A stretch of DNA of 64,000 nucleotides from an uncultured bacterium (GTDB lineage Bacteria > Patescibacteriota > JACMRA01). The position numbers and the translations under genes were made by a program. Each line of letters begins with the position of its first letter. The stretch's first letter is position 1. Positions 28,084 to 37,978 of the stretch are shown piece after piece. The notes beneath the pieces were generated by a model, which was not told the DNA's origin, did no database searches, and was given only the letters and a program-made list of their open reading frames with translations. Location of the stretch: NCBI GenBank assembly GCA_963704645.1, contig OY969926.1, forward strand, positions 256,001 through 320,000, written 5' to 3'.

Positions 28084-28570
28084 CTAGTACTTTTTCAGTG
28101 ATATCTTCATCTTCAGTAATTTCACTTTCCCTCCATTTTACTAACTCGTAATCTATTTTATCATTAGCAGAAGTTAAATACCAAGGTGGATCATCATGAG
28201 ACAATGCAACCAGTTCTTTTCCAGATAAATTGCCATATTTACCAAGAATTAATTCAATAATAACATCTTCAATTTTACTAAAATTACTAGTTTCTAAACC
28301 ATCTTTCTGAAGCAAAATAATATTATGGTTTCCAAAAACCTCCCACAACCCTTCATCTTCACCTTTTTTAATTAAATCATTTTTATAATTATTAGGAACA
28401 GGGCCATAGGGTAAATGATAGTAAACATTTTCTGTAATTGGCTTACCTGTAACAAAATAGCTTTCAAAGTCTATAAAATACATTAATTTTAAAAGTTTCC
28501 AATAATCACAAACACCAACCTTAGAAAGGATTATTTGGGCTAACTTTAAAGATTTAGAGTTATTGGTCAT
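28076..28570 (-). CDS. Panacea (DUF4065/SocA-like) antitoxin
   Basis: Motifs KLLKLMYFID, LPYGPVP and ELVALSHDDPPW. Confidence 0.88.
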   Translation of the reverse strand: MTNNSKSLKLAQIILSKVGVCDYWKLLKLMYFIDFESYFVTGKPITENVYYHLPYGPVPNNYKNDLIKKGEDEGLWEVFGNHNIILLQKDGLETSNFSKIEDVIIELILGKYGNLSGKELVALSHDDPPWYLTSANDKIDYELVKWRESEITEDEDITEKVLDA

Positions 28571-28765
28571 AAAAGATTTTATAATGCTTTAATTGTATCT
28601 TATTTTATGCAAAATGAAAATGTAATTTAGTTTACCCCATTATCAACTTTTGTCAAAGCTTTCTCTGGTTCATAGTTTGGACTAAATAACCTATTTATAC
28701 CTATCGTCCAACAATTGAACACAAAATTTGTTGACTCCGTTTTAGATGTCAGTTTGATTTTAAAA

Positions 28766-29188
28766 ATGTTACTTTCTTCAGAGTTACGAGCAATGGCAAT
28801 TTCTAGATTGAAAGATGCGGAGATATTGGTTAAAAATAAAAGGTATGACGGAGCTTATTATTTAGCTGGCTATGTCGTAGAATATTCTTTAAAAGCAGTA
28901 ATAGCCAAACTAATTCCACTAAAGGTATTCGGTTTCCCTTCGGTAAAGGAAGATTTTAACATCTTATCTAATTTAAGAGAGCATAATTTTGAAAAGCTTC
29001 TAGAAATTATAATGCCAATTAAAACTGATCAAACTAATTTTAAAGATAAGTTTAAAAAGGAATGGGGTGTAATTTTAGAATGGTCACCAGAGATCAGATA
29101 TAGTAAAGTAAATAAAATAACCTTGCAAGAAACTGAATTAATAATTGAAACTTGCAAAACTTTATACAATGAAATTAATACTTGGTAA
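28766..29188 (+). CDS. HEPN domain protein
   Basis: Motif RLKDAEILV..KRYDGAYYLAGYVVEYSLKAVI...H...W..E.RY. Start taken as ATG 28766, 35 nt after TTGACT. Confidence 0.82.
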   Translation: MLLSSELRAMAISRLKDAEILVKNKRYDGAYYLAGYVVEYSLKAVIAKLIPLKVFGFPSVKEDFNILSNLREHNFEKLLEIIMPIKTDQTNFKDKFKKEWGVILEWSPEIRYSKVNKITLQETELIIETCKTLYNEINTW

Positions 29189-29189
29189 T

Positions 29190-29612
29190 ATGCTTCTAAA
29201 CTTTGACTCAAAAAAATTCTTTTCCAAAGTGTTGGAAATTGAAAAATATCTTTCAAAAGAAAAGGGTGAATTTAGTTTGTTTGCTTTATTACAAAGAGAA
29301 GAAAATAAGCCTGAATGGGATTTAGTTGTTAGCTCTCGTTGGGCATATATGGATCAGTCTAAAACTTTAGATTATATAATTGGTATATTAAAGAAAAATT
29401 TAGAGCTAGAAGAAAGGTCTGCGATTAGTAGAATAGTTATTGTTGAACCTAACGACCCATTTATTAAAAATATTAATTCAGCTTTAGAAGTAAAACACAA
29501 TAAATTGTTCATAAACAGATCTGGTTTCAACGGGATAATGATAGATAATGGTGTAATCTTCACCTCTCAAAATTTAATCAAACCAAAAACCAGCAAAAAA
29601 GTTAAGGTGTAA
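29190..29612 (+). CDS. HEPN partner protein, possibly with a minimal nucleotidyltransferase-like fold
   Basis: Starts 1 nt after the HEPN stop; FALL..E...WDLVVSS beta-strand pattern. Confidence 0.55.
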   Translation: MLLNFDSKKFFSKVLEIEKYLSKEKGEFSLFALLQREENKPEWDLVVSSRWAYMDQSKTLDYIIGILKKNLELEERSAISRIVIVEPNDPFIKNINSALEVKHNKLFINRSGFNGIMIDNGVIFTSQNLIKPKTSKKVKV

Positions 29613-29661
29613 AAAAGTGCCCTTGGCAATGGGTTAGAGTATGCAAAACTCTGAGGGCAGT

Positions 29662-30117
29662 TTACAGAACCAAAATTGAATAGTGATTATCTTCGTCCTC
29701 CTCAAAATTAAAACTATCAACTGCAAATTCTAAAAAATTACGAGATCCCTGTTCTGTATATACCGCGCTTAAAACTTTTCCAGTAATTAATACCATATCG
29801 TTCCTTTTTATTGAAATATAATCTTTTTTAAAGTCAACAACTTTTAGAATTATTGAATTTGATTCAAATATAAGTATAGGTATTTTCCATTTATCAGCCG
29901 AAGGAAAAATATCAACAAGCTTGGCAGTCCAGGCAATTTTTAAGCCTTTAAGAGTGGTAAGATATTCAGAACTTTTAAAACTTGATTCAGCATAGGCATT
30001 ATTATATTCATCAATAATTGTAATTTGTTTCTTTGAGCTAAAACACTGAAATTCGTTAGTAGGAAATTCTAACGTAACACCATTAATATTTATTTTACTT
30101 ATCTTTAAACTATCCAT
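29662..30117 (-). CDS. Hypothetical protein, possible OB-fold
   Basis: 151-aa ORF with a beta-rich C-terminal part (WTAKLVDI...VLITGKV). Confidence 0.5.
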   Translation of the reverse strand: MDSLKISKININGVTLEFPTNEFQCFSSKKQITIIDEYNNAYAESSFKSSEYLTTLKGLKIAWTAKLVDIFPSADKWKIPILIFESNSIILKVVDFKKDYISIKRNDMVLITGKVLSAVYTEQGSRNFLEFAVDSFNFEEDEDNHYSILVL

Positions 30118-30143
30118 ATTTAAATAACATTCATTTTAATAAA

Positions 30144-30392
30144 TTAATGAGGATAAACAACTTTATTTTCTTTTATTCTTTCAAGCATTTTTACCGCTAA
30201 AATTTGATCACTAAATACAAACTTTTTATCTATAAAGTCATGGATTAGTGGTGAAGTCTGTTGAGCGCTACGAATTATTTCAACCTGATGACTATTTTCT
30301 ACCTCCAAAAGAATAAAACCTTCAAATAAAACTATATTTCCATAGTTATTTTTACCTATATAATAACAAACTTTCATTTCTTGATGAAACAT
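30144..30392 (-). CDS. Hypothetical protein
   Basis: ORF-track entry trimmed to ATG 30392 because the longer version overlaps tmRNA. Confidence 0.4.
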   Translation of the reverse strand: MFHQEMKVCYYIGKNNYGNIVLFEGFILLEVENSHQVEIIRSAQQTSPLIHDFIDKKFVFSDQILAVKMLERIKENKVVYPH

Positions 30393-30414
30393 AACTTTAA
30401 AAAATTCTTTTAAA

Positions 30415-30889
30415 TGGTGGAGATGGGGGGAGTCGCACCCCCGTCCAGCTGGAATATAATTAGCCAATTTTTTCAGACCGAAAACATAGTTATTTTAGTA
30501 ATTTTGTATCAAAGGAAGAAAAACAACAAACCCCGATCAATAGGCAAACAAAGTACAAGTAAACAGCGAGTGCCAAGCTGAAATACAGGGTGCATTTGGT
30601 TGTGGGTAAACTAAACAAACAGGCCTAACTATGCACAGCTAATGCTTATTTGGATATACCAAAGTAAAGTTCAACCGTTACATTATTTAATCATTGATTA
30701 AGCGTATACGGCGACTTTGTCTGGTACGCCTGAACGAACTGCAGCTAAAACTGAATCAGCATAGCTTTGTACGCGGTCCGCAAAGGAGTTAATGCTATTA
30801 TTTGCATTTATGGTTTTTTAGATGTATGGTATCACACCTCTCGGCATCAACTAATTGTCATCCAGCTGTCAATCTAAAACGGCATCCCC
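30415..30889 (-). ncRNA. ssrA: tmRNA
   Basis: 5' GGGGAUG pairs with 3' CAUCUCC-ACCA, including G3.U70; T-arm GGGGG-UGCGACU-CCCCC; resume context AUAAAU-GCA; tag ORF 30805-30698 ends VAVYA*. Confidence 0.95.
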
Positions 30890-30986
30890 GCCTATTCTAA
30901 AAGTTATTCAACTTAGGGCAATTGTCAAAGCAGTACAAGTTTTGAGCAAAAAACAAAGCCCGTGGGAAATAGGGCTTGTTGTATAT

Positions 30987-31289
30987 TTAATCAACCTCCT
31001 CTTTAGAAACAATTACTCTGGATATAGCTGGTATATCCTTACTATAATGGTTCAGCCATAATTTAGCTGAATATGCAGATTTAAATGAACTTGTTGACAC
31101 ATGAGACCTTCTAGTGTCTCTAAACTCAATATCAATTCTATACGTCCACCCATCCAAAATATAAGAATCAATGTATTCAAAGAATGTGGCTAAGTCGTTA
31201 GGAAGATAGATTTCAGAGTTTAAAAATCTACTTGAATCAAATTCAACAGGAATTCTGCCTGCTGCGTCACCATAAAGTCCCCTCGTCAT
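30987..31289 (-). CDS. Hypothetical protein
   Basis: 100-aa ORF with GGAG upstream and an AAGCCC/GGGCTT terminator-like hairpin downstream (~30950-30980). Confidence 0.6.
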   Translation of the reverse strand: MTRGLYGDAAGRIPVEFDSSRFLNSEIYLPNDLATFFEYIDSYILDGWTYRIDIEFRDTRRSHVSTSSFKSAYSAKLWLNHYSKDIPAISRVIVSKEEVD

Positions 31290-31539
31290 ATTAATATTCT
31301 CCGAAATAAATAAATTTAATTGAATTCAAAGTCATCAATTAATAATTTAACGCACAGAGTTTTTACTTTGTAAAGAGTTTTTATAAAGAATTTAGTTCTA
31401 TATAGTTATAATGATTAGGCCGTGGGAAAAACTTATGTTTACAGTTAATTCAAATTCAAAATATGTGTATTAAATTTATACAAGATTGGTATTTTAATTA
31501 GTTTTATCACTTTTTAATTCTTAATTTTAAATTTCACTT

Positions 31540-33321
31540 CTACTTCTTCGGTGTCACCCAATAGCCTAAATATTTCCCTCTAATTCCTTTAATTTGTGCG
31601 TCTAGCGCGGGGAAGCTCATTAAGCCAAATACTATTGGGAAGAACGACCATTGAATTACTAGCAACAAGGTTTCATAGAAACTAATTTTTCTTTTTCTTA
31701 GTGCTCTGTAACTAATATAACGGTAAGTAATGTAACCATAAATAATTGCGAAAATATAGCCAATCCATGCAAAATATTGTGCAAAAATTGATAGGTTTTG
31801 AGAAATTGGGGTTTGCCTAAAAACCTCTCCTCCAAGAAGTTGTGGCAAAGCAATTCCCGCCGAAAACAATAATGCTGTTGTAGCCCAATAAACATGGTTT
31901 GTAAATAATAAAAACACGTGTTTTATACGACCTCTTAGAGGTATATTGTGGCCAAATGGGCTGAAAAAGAAATGATAGGCCATGTATGGAAAGTTCTCCA
32001 TTCCTCCCCATGCCCAACGTTGCAACTGTTTATATTGGTTAGAAATTGCTTCAAAATAATCATCTGCTTCTACAGCGTCACCTTCGTGTATACCGTAGAA
32101 AGGTACAATTTTAAAGTTACCGCCAAAAAGTATTAATGACTTAATGAAAAGCATTGAATCTTCGGCTATAACTTCACGCTGCCAAAAATTTGCTTCCTGA
32201 ACTGTTTTTAAAGGAACTGAATAAATAGCAAACAAATAAGCTTCACCATCTAAGCCCATATTCTTCATATTAGACAATGTATTTTCTGAGGCTACTTGGC
32301 GTGGCCACATTCCTGTCTCAAAAAAGTTATTAGAATATACATGAACAGGCTGAAAACCTCTTCTGAATCTGTCTTCGGTAATACAAAACTTGTATGATAA
32401 GTTGTGGAAAAACTGTGGAGAAACTTTACTATCCGCATCGAAGCTTGTTACTAAGGCCAATTCTTCATCTACATTTCTACTTTTTAACCATAACGAAGCT
32501 TGTCTTGCACCCCAGTCTTCATTACTAGCTTTACCCTTAATTTCCCCAATTAAACCATCTGGATGTTGAACAAAAATTATTGTAAGCTTGTCTTTTTCCC
32601 AACTGTGCTTAATAGGCTCAGTGTTTGAATAGGCTGAATTAAAATGACTGTTTTTATATACAATGTCTAAATCATTTTCCTGCCAGTTATAAGCTTGAAA
32701 ATGTTCTACTTTAGAAACATCATTGAAAATTGAGCTGTTGTGCTCTTCGCCCGCTCTAGCTTCTTGAGTAACAAAAACTACTAGTTTATCTAAATCATAT
32801 CCGCAAGAATACAAGCTTTCTAAAGATCTTATCAAAACCTCAGAGGGTTCTTTTACTATAGAAAAAATTGCCACATGCTTAACTTCATCAATATTGCCAA
32901 ACTTAGTACCTTGCAGCTCTTTCAGCCTTTTAATGTCGTAACTTATTTCATTTTCCCATCCAATTCTATTTTTAAATTTATCTTTCAAAGACTCGAGCAA
33001 ATCAAATGCAGCTTTTCTTTCTTTCAACTTGCCATGCTTATAAATCTGCCAAAAATCAATAAAATTAAATGTTTCCCATCGCCTAGCTTGTTGATATGTA
33101 TGAAGAGTATGAATTAAATTTAAACTAAATTTCAAAACCCAGAAAAAACTGTAAATAATTAGCAAAATTGCCAAAATTGAAGGGCCAAGCAAAGAAAACT
33201 GAGAGCTTAAACTTAAAAGTAAAACACAACTGAGAATAAATAATGAGGTGTAGCCAACAAGAGACTCTAGAAACCTATAAATTTTTTTCTTTCTTAAAAC
33301 GGCAATGTCTTCTAGCTGCAT
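31540..33321 (-). CDS. Membrane-bound GT2 family glycosyltransferase
   Basis: Motifs KGKASN, DADS, IAEDS and QLQRWAWG; TM helices at both ends. Confidence 0.88.
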   Translation of the reverse strand: MQLEDIAVLRKKKIYRFLESLVGYTSLFILSCVLLLSLSSQFSLLGPSILAILLIIYSFFWVLKFSLNLIHTLHTYQQARRWETFNFIDFWQIYKHGKLKERKAAFDLLESLKDKFKNRIGWENEISYDIKRLKELQGTKFGNIDEVKHVAIFSIVKEPSEVLIRSLESLYSCGYDLDKLVVFVTQEARAGEEHNSSIFNDVSKVEHFQAYNWQENDLDIVYKNSHFNSAYSNTEPIKHSWEKDKLTIIFVQHPDGLIGEIKGKASNEDWGARQASLWLKSRNVDEELALVTSFDADSKVSPQFFHNLSYKFCITEDRFRRGFQPVHVYSNNFFETGMWPRQVASENTLSNMKNMGLDGEAYLFAIYSVPLKTVQEANFWQREVIAEDSMLFIKSLILFGGNFKIVPFYGIHEGDAVEADDYFEAISNQYKQLQRWAWGGMENFPYMAYHFFFSPFGHNIPLRGRIKHVFLLFTNHVYWATTALLFSAGIALPQLLGGEVFRQTPISQNLSIFAQYFAWIGYIFAIIYGYITYRYISYRALRKRKISFYETLLLVIQWSFFPIVFGLMSFPALDAQIKGIRGKYLGYWVTPKK

Positions 33322-33332
33322 ATTACTTTATC

Positions 33333-33653
33333 TTATTGGAAAATACCAGAAATAACTAAGTAATCACCTTGTTTTTCTGGAAAGTTGGAAATAATATTAG
33401 AACGAACTTTAGCATAATTTTCAGCATCTGAATCTGGTTGGTCGGCTCGTAAATCATCTACAGAAATTGTTCTCATCCCGGCCATTGGTTGAATTGAAGA
33501 AACATCAACTTTTTGTAGCTCAGATACATGCTCTAATATAGAGTTTAGTTCTAATTCATACTTAGCCAACTTATCAGGGCTTAACTCTTTGGAAATTCTT
33601 GCTAGCTTGGCTACTTTTGATACAGCGTCGGAACCCAATTTTACGAAAGACAT
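33333..33653 (-). CDS. gatC: Asp/Glu-tRNA amidotransferase subunit C
   Basis: Motif VAKLARI...LNSILEHVSELQKVDVS..PM...LRAD...GDYLVI. Confidence 0.92.
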   Translation of the reverse strand: MSFVKLGSDAVSKVAKLARISKELSPDKLAKYELELNSILEHVSELQKVDVSSIQPMAGMRTISVDDLRADQPDSDAENYAKVRSNIISNFPEKQGDYLVISGIFQ

Positions 33654-33698
33654 ATTTAGTTTCTAGACATTAAGCTTAACTTAGTCAATTAAATTAAT

Positions 33699-35840
33699 AT
33701 GTATTTTCTATTTTTAGACACAGAGACAAGTTCTTTAACACCTAGCTCTGGTGAGATTATTGAAATTGCAGGCGTAATAGGCCAATTTGATGAACAAAGC
33801 CTTAAATTCAAACCAATTAGCAGCTATCAAAGTTTAATTAAACCGCAAGTAGCCATAGATCAAAAAATTGAAAAATTAACTGGCATTAGCAATTTGGATC
33901 TAAGTATTGCAAAAAATAAGTCTAAAGTTATGGAAGAATGGGCAGATTGGCTTGATACGCAACCAAAAGTTGAAGCTATTATTGGCCACAGCATTGGTTT
34001 TGACGAATCTTTTTTACACTCAGAAAAATGGTATTTACCAGAAGTGAAGCTAATTGATACGCTAGATTGGGCAAAGCTGCTGCTACCAGAATTTTACGCT
34101 ATTAATTTGGAGTATATTCAGGGCGTAATTGGTTTTAAAGCCACAGATCTAGGACTTGAAGAAAATTTATTAAACACTCTTGCAGCTCACAGAGCTTTGT
34201 ATGATACTTATTTATGCATTCATACCGCCAACTTTTTACTTGCTGAATTTATTAAACTGCCTATATCAGCTGAATTTGCTAACAATTTTCAGAAGGAATA
34301 TTTTCAATTCAACTTTAATTTTTATCCAAAAAACTTTTCTAATGATAAATTTGGTCAGCTAGAAAATAAATTAAGCAATGAGAATAAAGTGTTGAATGAA
34401 GAAAATGAAAATGTTGGGAAGAACGACATTATTAAAAGTGAAGAAAAACAAGTTGTTAAACTTAAACTGAACGTTTTAGCTAATGGTCAACTGGCCAAAC
34501 CAAGCTTTGAAAATCTATTTTCTTACTTTACTAGCGAAGAAGAGCATAAAATAAGATTTTTGTGTTTGCAACAACACGGTAAAGTTCTTAATTTCCTGCT
34601 TCACCAAATTTATTTCATACTTCTAAAAAAGAAATTAAACCATAATTTGAATTTTAAAATACATGCTTTTGGAGAAAGTTCTTACAATCTTAACTTTATT
34701 GTATTAAACAGCTTGGTAAAATATGAATTAGAAAAAAACCTTGGAGTTTGGGAAATGCCTGAAAAAATAATTAGCCAAACAAAACAAATTGTTTATTCTT
34801 CTTTAGAATTAGGGAAGGCAGCAGATTTAGCTTTAATATTAAATGAAAACATAGATAAAATAAAAGAAATTAACACATCAAATCAAAGTAATTTATCTTA
34901 TTCAGAGTTACTTAAAAAGTTTAGTGCCAACCACGATTTCCTATTCTTCCACCTGCAAAATTTATTTCAAAATTACGAATACACTTTTTTGCCAGATAGT
35001 TCAGATTTAGCTGTGTTAAATATTAAAAAACAGATTAGCCAGATTCACGAGATTATTGAAGATTTAAAAACACGTGTTTTAGAAACAAATAATGTTGTAT
35101 TGAAGGCAATATATGAAAATTTTACAAACGAAATTACCAAATTTAATCTATTTCCAAACAATATTTACAAAGTCCATAACCAAAATGGTAGACTAGTTAT
35201 ATTAACAAAAAACACAGAGTTTAGCTTAAGCAATTTTGTGGAAAATATAATAGCCAAAAACAACATTAAAGAAATTATCACTCACCTTGATATCAATGCT
35301 TGGAAAGATTTTTGCTACAGCCTGAATTTAGTTAAAAGTTTTGAGGGTGTAAAAATAAACTTTTCCCAGAAAAAGAATATAATTCTTCCAAACGAAAATA
35401 ATTTAGAGAATATATTACTAAATTTATACGAGAAATCTTTGGAAACAGGGAAAATCTGCTTAGTATTGGCGGGTCAAAATTCCAGTTTAAAAGATTGCCA
35501 GAAAAGGTTAGTTGAAGGATTTAAATACAACCAATATTTAGTTTTGGGTGAATCTGGAAGTTTAACTAAAATTAACTCCAAAATTATAAATGGTTTTAAA
35601 GGAATTGTTGTGGGTAAAGTTTCTAATTTAGGCTATTTTGCAAATTTGAAAAACCCACAAATAAGCGCAGTTTGCATTATTAATGATCCGTTTTTGTATG
35701 TAGAAGAAGGTTTTGTTTCTAAAGAAAAACGCTCTGAAATACTTCCTACTTTAAAAAGTGTATACTTACAAAGCATTGCAAATTACTCACAAATAGTTTT
35801 TCCAGATACAGAATTTATGTTTGTTAGAAGCTACTCCTAA
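33699..35840 (+). CDS. DEDDh 3'-5' exonuclease fused to an eroded DinG-like region
   Basis: Motifs FLDTET, GHSIGFD and AHRALYD; no intact helicase Walker motifs in the remainder. Confidence 0.75.
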   Translation: MYFLFLDTETSSLTPSSGEIIEIAGVIGQFDEQSLKFKPISSYQSLIKPQVAIDQKIEKLTGISNLDLSIAKNKSKVMEEWADWLDTQPKVEAIIGHSIGFDESFLHSEKWYLPEVKLIDTLDWAKLLLPEFYAINLEYIQGVIGFKATDLGLEENLLNTLAAHRALYDTYLCIHTANFLLAEFIKLPISAEFANNFQKEYFQFNFNFYPKNFSNDKFGQLENKLSNENKVLNEENENVGKNDIIKSEEKQVVKLKLNVLANGQLAKPSFENLFSYFTSEEEHKIRFLCLQQHGKVLNFLLHQIYFILLKKKLNHNLNFKIHAFGESSYNLNFIVLNSLVKYELEKNLGVWEMPEKIISQTKQIVYSSLELGKAADLALILNENIDKIKEINTSNQSNLSYSELLKKFSANHDFLFFHLQNLFQNYEYTFLPDSSDLAVLNIKKQISQIHEIIEDLKTRVLETNNVVLKAIYENFTNEITKFNLFPNNIYKVHNQNGRLVILTKNTEFSLSNFVENIIAKNNIKEIITHLDINAWKDFCYSLNLVKSFEGVKINFSQKKNIILPNENNLENILLNLYEKSLETGKICLVLAGQNSSLKDCQKRLVEGFKYNQYLVLGESGSLTKINSKIINGFKGIVVGKVSNLGYFANLKNPQISAVCIINDPFLYVEEGFVSKEKRSEILPTLKSVYLQSIANYSQIVFPDTEFMFVRSYS

Positions 35841-35911
35841 TTCACCTTTTATACACACTTTGACACATAAAAAATAAAAGGTTATTTTAGGGTAAGGAAA
35901 CCAATTTTGGC

Positions 35912-37165
35912 ATGTCAGATGATATAATTTTAGAAAAATTAAAAATAGTTTATAACGCTATAAAAAAACCTGGCTCTTGGTATACAGGCTTGGCAATTAA
36001 ATCTTTCTTGCAAAAACAATACTTCAGCCAGCTAGAAAATTTTAACAACAAAGTAATAAACGCAGGTAGATGGAGCGCTTACACCCATTTTAGCTCAGAA
36101 TTAGCTTTTAATAATTTACTAGATAAGAACCACATAGAAACAGGCTCTACGGTTTTAATTCATCCACTTTTACCTTCTAAATTTGTAGATATTTTAATTG
36201 CACGACAACTAAATATTTTAAGCTTAGATATTAATAAAAACACTTTAAACTGGGATAAACAAAACCTACTAGATTATATTAGACAGCTTAGATCTTTAAA
36301 CAAAGAACCTCATTTAATAATTCAATATTCATTTAACGGCATAGTAGAGGGAATTACAAATTCTTTATCTGAAATACAGCAACTTACCATACCCAATCTA
36401 ATAGTACTAAACCAACCTACTATTAGTGTTCAAAGCTTGCAATTATGGCAAAAAATTGAACTTGGTAGCGTTTTGTGGTTTGCAGGAAACAGCTTTTTAG
36501 ACGACGAACTAGCGGCAGACACAGGGCAAAATTTAACTAACAGAGATTGGTATATTTCTTGGTATTTAGAGGCAAGAACAAAATCTATTTTAGAATACCA
36601 TTTAAGTAAAAGCCAAGAATATTTTAGCCCTTTATTAGAGGCATATTTCTATATTTTATTAACAAAATTTAAAAACCAAAACTGGTGGGCATTTGCCTTG
36701 CCTTGGGGAAGTCAGTTTGTAAATTCAATACAATTTAAAAGTTTACAAGAGGCACAGCAAGTAATTTCAGATAGTTTTGAAAACCTAGATTATATTGCAA
36801 TACCTGATGTAATTTTTGAGCTAGAAAACAACGTTACACATAAAATTCAAAACTCACCGAATCAATTTATTAACAATTCTCATGTTGCAGCCAGTTTATC
36901 TAAACAAATTTATCACTGGCTTTCAGATTTACTTCCAACATTAAGCCAAGGAAGCTTAGAAATACCAGAATACTACTTAAATCAAAGTTATTTCAACTAC
37001 TTTTTTTATACCACAGCACCAGAATATTTTGTACAGCTTTGCCAAGCAAAAAACTATACGATATCTCAATCCGTTAGTATTCATCAAATATTTACAGATA
37101 AGCTTAACCTTCCTATAGCTAATTTTGTTAACAATTATTATTTTGGCATTCAAACAAGCTTATAG
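35912..37165 (+). CDS. Hypothetical protein, divergent DegT/DnrJ aminotransferase-like
   Basis: N-terminal GSTVLIHP...LDINKNTLNWD...IIQYSFNG resembles the DegT fold; PLP-binding motifs are not recognisable. Confidence 0.45.
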   Translation: MSDDIILEKLKIVYNAIKKPGSWYTGLAIKSFLQKQYFSQLENFNNKVINAGRWSAYTHFSSELAFNNLLDKNHIETGSTVLIHPLLPSKFVDILIARQLNILSLDINKNTLNWDKQNLLDYIRQLRSLNKEPHLIIQYSFNGIVEGITNSLSEIQQLTIPNLIVLNQPTISVQSLQLWQKIELGSVLWFAGNSFLDDELAADTGQNLTNRDWYISWYLEARTKSILEYHLSKSQEYFSPLLEAYFYILLTKFKNQNWWAFALPWGSQFVNSIQFKSLQEAQQVISDSFENLDYIAIPDVIFELENNVTHKIQNSPNQFINNSHVAASLSKQIYHWLSDLLPTLSQGSLEIPEYYLNQSYFNYFFYTTAPEYFVQLCQAKNYTISQSVSIHQIFTDKLNLPIANFVNNYYFGIQTSL

Positions 37166-37227
37166 AAATATCATGGAAAGCACAAAGGAGATTCCCAATC
37201 ATATTTAAAACATTAAACTATAAAATT

Positions 37228-37791
37228 ATGCCTGAAAATAATGAAAAATCTTCCAAATTATTAAAGAATTTTGCTATTGCTACATCGACACTTGTTCTAA
37301 TATACTTAATTGGTTTTATGATTTATTGGTTTTTTCCCAGTATATTTTTTAAATTTGGCTCATCCAATCTTCAGAAAACTGAGAATTTTAGAACTACCGA
37401 TTCAAAATTAGCATTGAACTTAGAAAGTGTGGAAATAGCCAATTCGCCTGATGAAATTGAACGTGGTTTAATGTACAGAAAAGAATTATGCCAAAAATGT
37501 GGAATGCTTTTTGTTATGCCAAACAATAATTATCAATACTTTTGGATGAAAAACACAAAAATTCCTTTAGATATTATTTTTATCGATCAGAACTATAAAG
37601 TTGTTAATATTGCTGAAAACACCACTCCTTTTTCCACAGATAACGTAGCTTCAGAGGGTTTGGCAAAATATGTTTTAGAAGTAAATGCTGGCCTAGCAAA
37701 ACAAAACAATTTACAAAAGGCAGATCTAATTGATGTTCCCAAGTTTTTAGATCGGAATAAAGAATTCATTTGGGTTCAAGCTGAATTATAA
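37228..37791 (+). CDS. DUF192 domain protein
   Basis: Motifs GLMYR, GMLFV, FWMKNTKIPLDIIF and YVLEVNAG. Confidence 0.93.
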   Translation: MPENNEKSSKLLKNFAIATSTLVLIYLIGFMIYWFFPSIFFKFGSSNLQKTENFRTTDSKLALNLESVEIANSPDEIERGLMYRKELCQKCGMLFVMPNNNYQYFWMKNTKIPLDIIFIDQNYKVVNIAENTTPFSTDNVASEGLAKYVLEVNAGLAKQNNLQKADLIDVPKFLDRNKEFIWVQAEL

Positions 37792-37978
37792 CTGAACAAT
37801 ACAACAGTAAAGATGTGTCGAGAACTTTTAAATAATAAGAATAGGCTTTTCTTAAGCTTGATTTGTTTAAAATGATTTTGATACTATTCTGAGTTTCGGC
37901 TTTAGCCATATATAGTTACAAAATGTTATATAACATCATGGCTTTTGACAAAGGTTGTAAGTAGAACAAAATTATAGT

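Noticed and set aside
27376-30415. Intact prophage or ICE integrated at ssrA
   Set aside because: No integrase, no phage genes and no duplicated ssrA 3' end were found.
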